NCBI GenBank assembly: GCA_000002435.2
Contig: CM018790.1
Reading direction: 5' to 3' (one strand)
Length of the DNA: 64,000 nt
Source: Giardia intestinalis
Lineage: Eukaryota
Shown here: positions 20,952-30,537 of the stretch, one piece after another
Layout of the letters: the number at the start of each line of letters is the position of its first letter
How positions within the stretch are numbered: the first letter of the stretch is position 1
The notes under the pieces: generated by a model
Databases searched by the model: none
What the model was told of the DNA's origin: nothing
The model's input: the letters and a program-made list of their open reading frames with translations, nothing else
Made by a program: the position numbers and the translations under genes

Positions 20952-23900
20952 ATGTGTTCTGTCAGGATGTCTCCTCTCCCGTTTATCGTCCTTTGCACGC
21001 GAGAGCCCCTCTTCATCGTCTTTTCGCTCACCGGAAACATGGCCATCTCCGATCCCTTCCGGCTCCAGTCCCCTGGGACGTGTCTGTTCTGGCACGAAGC
21101 ACGGTCCCGGCTCTACATAGGCCACGCATCTGGCAATGTTAGCATTTACGCGCTGGCCTACGAAAGGGACCCAGACGCCCCACAGTTTGCTGACGGGATA
21201 AACCTTTCAGAAGACCCCAGCAACACGGGGAACTCCAGGCAGCCCTCTCTGGCCAGCACCACCGTAGATGCTGCCATGCAGATCCTCGGAAAGAGCCGCT
21301 CCTTCGACTCGCTGACGCGGGAGGAGCTCTTGAAGGTGTACCCGGAGCTCCGGTCGTCGTTGATAGACGTCTCCAAGAGCACCGCGGAGGCGCTGCAGAG
21401 GTCCTCCCAGGAGAAGGAGCGGCTCCGAGGGAAGTCCAAGCAGCTCATCGCCATGGCCTCCGAAGACCTTGAGGTCGTGAGCCTCATCACATCGCAGATC
21501 TTTGACGCCGGGCAGAGCACGCTTCTCAGCCACGGGATCAAGGAGACGCAGCTCATCGCCGACGACCCCCTGGCCTTTGTCAAGGCGACCGTGGCCCCAG
21601 ACCCCGTCGCCGCGGCAACGCACGAGAAGCGCCACGGGGGCGTGCATCTGACGATCCGTGCCGAGTTCGTCACCACCAAGTATGTGGTCGCGGGGAGCGT
21701 CAGGTGCATGGACGCCGGGCGCGGCCAGTGGGAGGAGGCCATGGCAGACGACCTGTTTCGACTGGCCGTCGTGGGCTCCGATGCCGCGCTCGTCATTCTG
21801 GACGAGGACCTGGGGGTCGTCTGCACGTTCTCGGACTTGCACCCGGAGGGGATCATGCGGTGCTACGTCGTCATCGATCACATCACAACCATTGGCTTCA
21901 GCAACGTCTACCAGATTGGCCCGGAGGCGGTCCGCTCCTGCCACTTGGGGATGGCCGTGACAAAGGAGGAGCTCGAGGACGACCCTGCCCGGGTGGACGG
22001 CGAGGACGATAGGCGCGGGAAGAGGAGGCGCGAGGCCGTGCAGGTCTCTGACAAGAGGCTCGTGAAGGCCAACCTCGTGAAGTCCGCGCACCTGATCACC
22101 CTTGTCCAGCCGCCCAGGCCGGGCAAGCCTATTCTGGCGTCGTTCGCTTTCGGGAACGTTATTGGCGTTATTGACCACGACAACGTGGTGACCCTCATCC
22201 ATGCACTGACGGGCGCGCACATCACGCGGATCGACATCGCCATCAACCTGCACGGAGTCAAGGTCGGCACCGGGGTCTATAGCCGCAAGCACGACTTCGG
22301 CTACATCCCCTTCGGGCGCCGGCTGTTCGTCCTCAAGGTGGTTGCCAACGAGGAGCTGGCCAAGGAGCAGGTGGTCTGGGACTTTGAGGACGCGAAGCGC
22401 GAGGAGGAGCAGCGGGCACTGGGCAAGCGCAGGCCGAAGGAGCTGATCAAGCACGCGCCCGAGCATCTTCCCCTGGGGTCTATCAGCAAGGAGTGCGCCG
22501 GCGTTGTCGTCAACCAGCGCATGAACGAGCTTGGCGCCGTCACAGGCCCTGGGGAAGTGACGATCTTTTCGCTCCTTACCGGCCGGCCGTCCAGGATCTA
22601 CGACATTGCAAGGATCTCCAAGACGCTTCTGGAGGGCCGAGACGGCACAGGCAGCGGTGGCGATGACCCACAGGATTCCGTACTGGGTTCGGAGTATGCA
22701 AGCATCGAGACGTGCGACCTCTCGAAATTCTACGCAGAGGGCCAGAGCGAGGTGACGGAGGCCGATCTCCACTTTTCCACTCCAGACGACGAAGCCCGAT
22801 ACAGGACGCTCCACAAGCCACCGCAGATCCTCAGCCAGATCCCCAGCGCCCCCGACGCCCCCCAGTCTCTGCTCGACGCCCTCGGGCGGCGGATTCTGTC
22901 CCTCGCCGTCGACAGCAAGGGACGCGTTCTTTACGTCATAGGAACCCACGGTGCAGTGACACTTTACTGGAAGACCGGCTCTCTCTTCGACATATCCAAC
23001 GTTGGGATTACCGGCCGGAGGACATGCGAAGACGACATTGACATCGTCGACAACCCGTTTGATGGCCAAAGACTGGGCGACGCACAGAGGGAGCCTTCTG
23101 CAGGGGCCGACTCGCACATGTCGTCCGGAGCTTCTTCGTACAGCCTGGGGCTCAATCTGTCTCAGATCATCGTCAAGGCCAACAACGCAGCCTTTGTGAG
23201 ACAGCTGCTTTCCGACAAGTCGATAATGCGCGCGCAAATCTTAGCCACCGACAGAGCGCGCGGCCTTCTCTTCCTCTGCGACAACCTCAACCCGCAAATT
23301 GTGCGCGCCATAGACATGAAGCCGAGCCACGAGTACGTGAACAGGATAGGGCTGTCGAGGCAGCTGACAACCTTCGACATCTTTTTTGCAGGAGGAGCAG
23401 ACCACTTTGCAAGGGCACGGCAGCAGCTCGCGGCGTTCTTTTCGTCGAAGCCCGTATTTGTAGGCGCAGACGACCTCTCTTCAAAGCCGGAGGTTGTAAG
23501 ACGCTTTTGCCCCGAGTTCCTGTGGGCCCGAGATGTCTCTTCAGCAGGACAGCCGAATCAGGCGCCGTCTCCGATCCAGAAACTGCTCTGCGACGTTCTC
23601 TACACCGGGCATGCAAAGAAGGCTCGAAGTGACTCGTACGTGACGTGCATTGATGCCTCGGAGGAGCTGTCTCTGCTGGCCATAGGCACGTCTGACGGCC
23701 GGATTCTCGTCCACGACACGATGTCTGTCAAGCTGCTGCAGCAGGGGGTGATCCAGCCCCCGACAATCCCGTCTGTTGGCTCCCCCATAACGGCCCTCTG
23801 CTTCCTGGGACAGTGGCCCCTTCTGTTTTCTGCGTCGGCCTCTGGCGCCTGCTACATCCACGCGGTCCGCTCGCTGTACCCGAACTTTTCGCTCGTCTGC

Positions 23901-25901
23901 GCGTTTTACCACGGAAGCTACCATCCCCTGGGCTATCCACTGAATGCAGACTTTCAGGCCGGCTGGGTCCAGACAGCTGGATTCTTGAAGCACGCCCTTC
24001 TGCCCCTCTCTGATTTCAACTCAGACGTCCAACTGTATGGGAGTAGATACGAGGACGTGGTTCGCTACCTGATAGAAAACTTTTCTCCAGATCTCCTCCA
24101 CACAAAGTACTGCCCCGAACGCAAGGGCCCTGCGCCCGGGGACGAGGCTCTGCGGTCGATTGACGGGGAGTTCCGTGCCAATCGTCTGCTTTCCACGAAA
24201 ACGGCCTACGGGGCGCGAGTCGGAGACCTCCAGGCGTCGACTGCAACGCCCTCCATGGACGCCTCGATGACAACCGATAGGGAGGGAGAGGCCGCTTCCG
24301 GAATGATCCAGCCTCCATCGATGTTTGAGAGGCATACTGCTTCCAATCGCTATGCGTACATCATGGTCCAAGAATCCACAGCGGCTACTGAAGAAGGCCA
24401 ACCTCTGTGCCATCTCCAGCAGGAGACCGTCGGTGTACAGGACGACTTGGAAGAAAGGTCAGAGCGTGCGCACACCAGAATGCCGGGTCCGTCTTACCAA
24501 GAGATTGTCTCTGCAACAATGGCACTCCTTCGCCGATACGTCCCCATTTCCCAGAACTTCCGAGGCCTTCAAGCCCGTCGGCGCAGAACGCTTATGAAGA
24601 TTCGGGCTGCTGCTCAGGTGATAATGCTTGTTTCTTTCTACTTCACGCGCTTCTTAGCTGTTCCTCGGAGGGTCTACGTTGACTTCCTTCCTGTTCCGCT
24701 GGGCACCAGTCAGCCAAGGCAGGCCGCCTCTCGCCGCAAAGTGCCTCAGGGAGCGGTGAAGCTCTCCGACAAGTCCAGCAAGGTGATCGAGGACTTTTCT
24801 AAGTCGCGCTTTAAGACGTCCGGCGTTGACGTGGAGAGCCCGGCGGCTGCGCAATACGCAGACGCCCATGCGTCTCTTTATGGCACCATGATGGGGTCCT
24901 CTGTGACGCGGCCCGGGATGGAGGACGTAGAAGCGGAGGAAAACGGCATTCTCTACCAGTACGTCTTCAGGGACAGAACCAAGGTGAGAGTGCCAGTCCG
25001 GAAGGAGTCCGTTCTTGCTCTCTCCGCTCGCACCATGCCGACAGCTGTCTGCTTTGTGGACGGCGCCCACTCTATCCTGGTCGGGGACGACGCAGGCTTT
25101 GTGACCCTCTACAAGATTCAGAATCTGATAGCTGCTCTGGGGATCACACGCAGTCTCGACACGCAGCAGCTCCCTAAGGGTCTTCTTCATGCCCCGAGCT
25201 CTGGGAAGACGTCGCCAGTCGTTCCGTCTTCGTATCTCCGGGTACGGTACGTCCACCGTGCTCACGCCGCCCCCATTAGCCTGCTTTCTCCAGCTGGTTC
25301 CAACAGCCAGGCATACATTTCGATAGGCGGGGACAAACGAGTAGCGCTGTGGGGCTTGGACGGGGCCCAGCTCCTCGGCATTGTTCAGAGAGTCAATCTT
25401 GACCCGCCTCCGAAGGGATGGGACTCTCTTTTCGGCGTGCCTCTTACCGCACGCTCCGGGCAAAAGTCCTCAGAGAGTGGACTGGCAGATACAGCAAGGC
25501 TGTCCATCGAAGACCTCGAAGATGTGCCCAGTCAAGTCTTCCAGGACCCCCCTCCACCTATGCGTCTTGAGGCCCCGCCTGCGTGCGCATACCCGTGGAC
25601 ATATGCGCCGGAGAGCTCTGCAGGGGATCGCGTAGACACAGTCATTCTTCAAAGCATGCAGCAGACAGGGACGCTGGGTAACAGTGTGGAAGAGGCGGAC
25701 CTGCTCGGTGTGACCCGCCAGCTTCTGGCATCGCGGCGGCCAGTCATTGCGCCTACGTCCCAGGGCGATCCTGGAACCCTCCTCAAAGCCACAGGCCTCA
25801 CGGGTCGCCTGCTTGAGCGGAAGGGGGACTCGTGGACGGTTCGGGCCATGAAGCTTCGCGCGGCGCAGCAGCCCCTGGGATGGAGTGCAGGACCCCAATG
25901 A
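20952..25901 (+). CDS. Large hypothetical protein, 1649 aa, with beta-propeller/WD-like segments. The start is uncertain (ATGs at 20952, 20967 and 21039). It begins only 7 nt after the stop of the upstream NEK gene.
   Basis: Continuous 4.9-kb ORF. Segments such as DSKGRVLYVIGTHGAVTLYW and LLAIGTSDGRILVHDTMS resemble WD/propeller blades. I could not recognise a named family. Confidence 0.5.
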   Translation: MCSVRMSPLPFIVLCTREPLFIVFSLTGNMAISDPFRLQSPGTCLFWHEARSRLYIGHASGNVSIYALAYERDPDAPQFADGINLSEDPSNTGNSRQPSLASTTVDAAMQILGKSRSFDSLTREELLKVYPELRSSLIDVSKSTAEALQRSSQEKERLRGKSKQLIAMASEDLEVVSLITSQIFDAGQSTLLSHGIKETQLIADDPLAFVKATVAPDPVAAATHEKRHGGVHLTIRAEFVTTKYVVAGSVRCMDAGRGQWEEAMADDLFRLAVVGSDAALVILDEDLGVVCTFSDLHPEGIMRCYVVIDHITTIGFSNVYQIGPEAVRSCHLGMAVTKEELEDDPARVDGEDDRRGKRRREAVQVSDKRLVKANLVKSAHLITLVQPPRPGKPILASFAFGNVIGVIDHDNVVTLIHALTGAHITRIDIAINLHGVKVGTGVYSRKHDFGYIPFGRRLFVLKVVANEELAKEQVVWDFEDAKREEEQRALGKRRPKELIKHAPEHLPLGSISKECAGVVVNQRMNELGAVTGPGEVTIFSLLTGRPSRIYDIARISKTLLEGRDGTGSGGDDPQDSVLGSEYASIETCDLSKFYAEGQSEVTEADLHFSTPDDEARYRTLHKPPQILSQIPSAPDAPQSLLDALGRRILSLAVDSKGRVLYVIGTHGAVTLYWKTGSLFDISNVGITGRRTCEDDIDIVDNPFDGQRLGDAQREPSAGADSHMSSGASSYSLGLNLSQIIVKANNAAFVRQLLSDKSIMRAQILATDRARGLLFLCDNLNPQIVRAIDMKPSHEYVNRIGLSRQLTTFDIFFAGGADHFARARQQLAAFFSSKPVFVGADDLSSKPEVVRRFCPEFLWARDVSSAGQPNQAPSPIQKLLCDVLYTGHAKKARSDSYVTCIDASEELSLLAIGTSDGRILVHDTMSVKLLQQGVIQPPTIPSVGSPITALCFLGQWPLLFSASASGACYIHAVRSLYPNFSLVCAFYHGSYHPLGYPLNADFQAGWVQTAGFLKHALLPLSDFNSDVQLYGSRYEDVVRYLIENFSPDLLHTKYCPERKGPAPGDEALRSIDGEFRANRLLSTKTAYGARVGDLQASTATPSMDASMTTDREGEAASGMIQPPSMFERHTASNRYAYIMVQESTAATEEGQPLCHLQQETVGVQDDLEERSERAHTRMPGPSYQEIVSATMALLRRYVPISQNFRGLQARRRRTLMKIRAAAQVIMLVSFYFTRFLAVPRRVYVDFLPVPLGTSQPRQAASRRKVPQGAVKLSDKSSKVIEDFSKSRFKTSGVDVESPAAAQYADAHASLYGTMMGSSVTRPGMEDVEAEENGILYQYVFRDRTKVRVPVRKESVLALSARTMPTAVCFVDGAHSILVGDDAGFVTLYKIQNLIAALGITRSLDTQQLPKGLLHAPSSGKTSPVVPSSYLRVRYVHRAHAAPISLLSPAGSNSQAYISIGGDKRVALWGLDGAQLLGIVQRVNLDPPPKGWDSLFGVPLTARSGQKSSESGLADTARLSIEDLEDVPSQVFQDPPPPMRLEAPPACAYPWTYAPESSAGDRVDTVILQSMQQTGTLGNSVEEADLLGVTRQLLASRRPVIAPTSQGDPGTLLKATGLTGRLLERKGDSWTVRAMKLRAAQQPLGWSAGPQ

Positions 25902-26576
25902 AATAACTGGGCAAGAGATAGAGGGACACTGGGTGCTGAGCGCGGGACAGATCTGAGCATCTGCTTGGAGTAATTCGCTCAACCTAACGGCTGCTCTAGC
26001 GCTGTGCCGCTGACTTTTTGTAGGTGTGGCTCGAGCATCATTATAGACCGCTTGGTGGTCAACTGTGCCCGACAACGAGGAATGGACAAGAGGCCACGAA
26101 CCGAGCAGTTCGGCCCATCCCTGATCGAGGAACGCCCAGGAGCTCTGCGGCCGTCAATGTTGCTGGCTCGGAAACGAATGCCCAACGAAGCTCGTCGGGT
26201 GACGCTCGAGAGCCGGCCACTCGCTGCCTTCCAAGCGACGCTTCCAGCCAACCTCTGTGGTCCTTGTCAAGCAGATGAGACCAATTGAGGAGAGAGCGGC
26301 CGATCAAGGTCAGCGTGACTCTAGCGCGGCGGAAAGGATGGAGACCAAGCGTTCTGACACGCACGTATCGATTGGACAGAAACAACCCAGAGATTCCAGC
26401 AGCATGCTGACGCCAGTGTGGAGCATTGATGAAGAACCCCGGCCCTGAAGGGCGACACCCCTGTCTCTGAAGAGGCAGCCATGCTTGTGTGCGCCTCGAC
26501 TACACCCGCAGAGGGCCCTATAACATAGCCTTGCAAGTACTAGTGGGCAGAGTGAACGATTTTTGAAACAAACTTC

Positions 26577-26825
26577 ATGGCCGACGGCGATGACCACACA
26601 GCCAGCTCCCCAGCAGTAGCCCCCGCCATCCCACAATTCACTCGTAAGAAGCTCCACAGGCGGTTGGATGACGTGCTAGGAAGAGATGCCACAGATACAG
26701 TCTACTCTCTCAAGGGTTATCCAGACCTCGCTGTGAAGGAGATCCCTCTCGACGGCCTGGACAAGGGTAACATGGACGCCATCAGAATAAGATTGACCGG
26801 GGTGAGGCTGTCGCCTGCCACCTGA
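26577..26825 (+). pseudogene. Truncated 5' fragment (about 75 aa) of a NEK kinase paralog. It retains its initiator region.
   Basis: MADGDDHTASSPAVAPAIPQFT...VYSLKGYPDLAVKEIPLDGLDKGNMDAIRIRL aligns to the N-terminus of the NEK at 56924 (MADGDDHAASSQTSAPAIPQFT...VYSLEGYPNLAVKEILLDGLGKSNVDAIKLEL). The upstream context gaaacaaactTcATGgc is also shared. The frame ends at 26825 with no kinase core following. Confidence 0.6.
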
Positions 26826-27389
26826 CTGGTCCCCCATGCGAGCCACCGCCGCCCTGGGCACGCTTCTCGCATGCACGGCTGGGACCAGACGTCTGAGAGC
26901 CGAATCTCCTCGGATCCCTGCAGAAGAAGCCCGGACGAGGGGCTGAGGGCCCCGGTACTCAGCCCAGCAAGCAGCAGACCCGCGACTGCCCGATGAGGGA
27001 ACCACCGAGGAGGGCTCGCGGGGGCCCGAAGAAGAGAGTCTAGAGAGCAGCCGATAGAGTGAGCAGGGGGCCCGCACCTCCCTGTCATGGAGAGCGGCGC
27101 ATGGTGGCAGGCCCCAGTGGCCATTCCTCTAGGAGACCACCTGGCCCCACAGGATCGATTACTAACTACACGAACTGGCTCAAGAACGCCGAGGTTCACT
27201 CAAGGGGCTGCACCCTTGGGGACCTCCTACGCGATCCACAGCACAAGGAGTCGCCACACCTCTTTCACCTCACCAGAGGGCCTCGAGCAGCACGTCTCGG
27301 GAACTCTCTCCCGTCCGGGCTCCTTCTGCAGCCTTGCGACAGACAGACGGTGCCAGCTCACGCGGGCCCTCGCCGTTGCCTGCCGTGAT

Positions 27390-30300
27390 GCCCCGGACCA
27401 GTGGGTGCCGCTGGGGCCTGCCTGGAAGTATGATCCAAAGATCTCACAGGTAAGCCTCGCTCAGTCCCTGGCCAGCCCGGAGGCGGGGGCTGGCCACGGG
27501 TCGCAGTGATAGCCACAGTGGTGATAGGGAAGAGCTCCCTCCGTTTGTGGATCTGGGGCCTGTGCGTTCCTCGGCTGTTCTGCGGATGTGCACAGCTGGA
27601 CTTGAGGCGAAGGAGAGCCCGCGAGGACCAGATCCGTATTACGAACGCAAGATCATACCTTTGGGCCCCAGAGAGCAAGCCGTGAGTCTCTACTCGGAGG
27701 ACCACTTCGAAGACGCTTGCCCTCTCGGCAGGACACACACGCTGGCTCTGTGGCCTGCCGTGCGAGAGCGCCAAGCAACCAACCGAGCACCTGAGAGAAG
27801 CAAACGATGACAGACACAGAGTGCTGGGCGACGACAAGCTGATCCTTCCGGCCCACATACCGAACCAGACAGCTGCCATGCTCATCCACCAGGGTGCGCG
27901 CATGATCGCGAGCATCGAGCAGGCCGGGACTGGGGTCGCGCTCCCCGCAATCAGGGGCCTAGACGCCCTGGTGGGAAGCTGCCAGAGGGCCCCTCTGCCA
28001 GACAACACCACGGAGCAGTCCCAGAGCAAGGCAGACCCAGACCCCGAGAAGGCGAGGCGCCGGATAGCAAACAGGGTGAACAACGCGCTGAGCTTTAATA
28101 GCTGCCAGGTCCTCTGTTCCTTGACACACCCACGATAGACAAGCCAGAGAAGGCCAAGGCCCCCTCAGCGCGCTACACCCGTGCGTCCCCCCGAAGGCTG
28201 CGTTGGCCTTGACTACCCTCCATCGATGAACTCGACAGGGCTGGAGTGGCAACCGAGGAGGAAATGAGGAAGGCCCTGTTTGGAACTCTCAACAAGAAGG
28301 CCTCGGGCGTGTCTGGTCTCGGGCCGGTCCAGCTCAGGCGATGAAGCAGAACGACAGCTTTGTGAAATACCTCACGCAGGCGTACAACGAGCTGACCACT
28401 CACCCCGAGGCGATACCCGAGGTGACGACCATGTTCGAGTTCCGGGCGATCCTCATCCCGAAGGAGTCCGACGGATACCCCCGATCGCGATAGGCGGACG
28501 GTCACGAACACCTTCCACCGCGTCCTGCTGAAGGGCTGATCAGGCATGCCAACTACCTCTCATGCGAGCAGATCGCCTTCAAGCAGAACGCATACGCGGT
28601 AGGCGTGAGGAGGGCCCACGAGCTCATCAGCGGGCGGGGATGCACGCCGTCTCCCTCGACACAAAGAACGCCCTCAACTCGCTCCCGAGGGCAGAGGTCG
28701 TCAGAGCCCTGAACGAGGCGGGCGTCCCGAAGGTCCTGGTCGACTACATCAGGAACTTCCTCGACCTGAGGCACAGCAAGGACGTGAAGTGCGAGGTCTG
28801 CGGCGTCCCCCAGGGCGACCCGCTCAGCACGTTCCTCTTCTGCATGGCCACCGAGCGCCTCCTGAGACGCCTCGAGGAGAGGGGCATCGCCTTCCTTGCC
28901 TATGCAGACGACATCGTGGGGTTCCACGACGAAGGGTACCCAGCAGGTGTGATAACACAGCAGACCATGGACCTGACGATCAGGAGCGACAAATGCAAGT
29001 CCACCATGGCGGGCGAGGAGGTGACCTTCCTCAACCACCCGGCGTCCCCCACTCCTGCTAGTCTCGCCCCAAAGGCCATCGCAGGTGCCGAGACTGCCTT
29101 GAAGAAGATCGAGAATGCCCCAATAACCATCCACCAGAAGCTCATCCTGGTGTCACTCTGTGTGGTCCCGATGGTGAGCTACGCCCCCCTGGTCGAAGTA
29201 ACATCGGACAAGGCGGACTACGAGGAGTTCGACAGACGTCGCACAAGGCATCAGCACTAACCAACAGAAGCTGCGATCGCCTGGTCGACTTCCTAGCGTA
29301 CCCGAAGGAGAAGGGCGGCCTGGACCTGCTCATGCCTGGATTCTACCACGACGAGCTGCGGAGGGTATGGGCCTCCTTGGACGTCAACAAGGGGGCCAGA
29401 GACCCGGTGGAGCTGTCGGTGGGCGGCCAGGCACTGCAGGGGAAGGGGCCTACTTCAACCGCCTCCTCACGCGCACACACCAGCTTCCGGACAGAGCGGC
29501 GACGTACTGTCTGCAGATGTGCGGCGTGCTGACCGAGGAGGAAAGGGCCCTGAAGGAGAAGGGCGGCTCGATCATGGCGCAGAAAGAGGCACCTGCCCGG
29601 GCTGCCACGAGGCACGACATGATCGTCGCGTGCCTGTACCTCCGCGTCTCGGGGAAGCTCAGCGCAGAGCTGGAAGTCAAGACCCACAGCCACCTCAGCG
29701 ACCAGAACCAGAAGCCCGACATCTGGCTCGTCGACAAGTGCAAGGCAGTGGACGTGGGTGTCATCCAGCCCCGCCAGATGGATACCACAGCGAGAAGGCC
29801 AAGAAGTACAGGGACGGGACGCTCCCGATCATCTACGGGACGGACGGATCCCTCCACCCCAGTCCAAGGGGCACCTCAAGGAGCTCCACGTGGACCTCTG
29901 TCCGGGCTGCCTTCGCCATCGCCCACATGGCTGCAGAGGCGAACGAGCACCTGACGGGGCTGATCAGACGGGCCGGGCCGAAAGCCTGGCCACCCAGAGC
30001 GACCGTCTCCTGTCATCCTACTTCTGACAACCGAATGAGTCCATCCCCGGGACCTGTCGACAACGACCGAGAAGGGGCGCAAGACTGGACACACAACCGA
30101 GTTGAATCCCAACCAGAAGAGAAAGCCCCGCTAGCTGCTGCTGATATACATGGACAGTATTGAGAATGACAACAAAGACCAGAGCTTCACCAACCGTAAA
30201 GGGAGAACAAGGAGAGGCACCCTAGTAGACCAGCGAGCCTGCAGGACGGCGTGATCTCCAAAAGGATCTATGTGCACTCTTAGACCGAGCACACACCCGC

Positions 30301-30460
30301 AGAACACCCGAGGAACGCAGATAGCTCCTCCCTTCCACCACTGTGGTCTTTATATTGATACACGACCAACCCTCGTCTCCGGACATCACCAAAAATTGAG
30401 CGGGAATTTACCAGTAAGATCTCTGGACAGCGCCCGCAGGCAGGCCCCAGCGGCACACCA
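27390..30460 (+). mobile_element. Copy A of a ~3.1-kb degenerate non-LTR (R2-clade, restriction-like-endonuclease type) retrotransposon-like element, consistent with the 'dead' GilD family of Giardia. The RT/CCHC/RLE coding region is broken by shared frameshifts and stops. It has a 25-bp terminal inverted repeat.
   Basis: RT motifs are split across frames: FRAILIPKESDGYPRSR* ; FHRVLLKG* ; HAVSLDTKNALNS ; GVPQGDPLSTFLF ; FLAYADDIV. The downstream frame carries RHDMIVACL...KPDIWLVDKCKAVDVGV (RLE-like). 5' TIR at 27401-27424 and 3' TIR at 30436-30460 (caggcaggccccagcggcacaccac). Confidence 0.8.
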
Positions 30461-30537
30461 CACACTCAGTATACCTCTTTGGCAAAAGTATTCTTAATGA
30501 TATCATTGGTGTTAAGACCGATTGCTCCGGAAATTCC

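Noticed and set aside
21207-23237. 676-aa ORF on the minus strand, plus several other long ORFs antisense to the 1649-aa gene.
   Set aside because: It lies entirely inside and antisense to the longer + strand ORF. The composition (R/G/P/A/L/V-rich) is typical of frames antisense to GC-rich coding sequence, with no motifs.
28553-29134. 193-aa ORFs antisense to the RT pseudogene in each element copy (also 36625-37206 and 48248-48829).
   Set aside because: They mirror the RT fragment on the other strand, and there is no homology. They recur only because the element is repeated.
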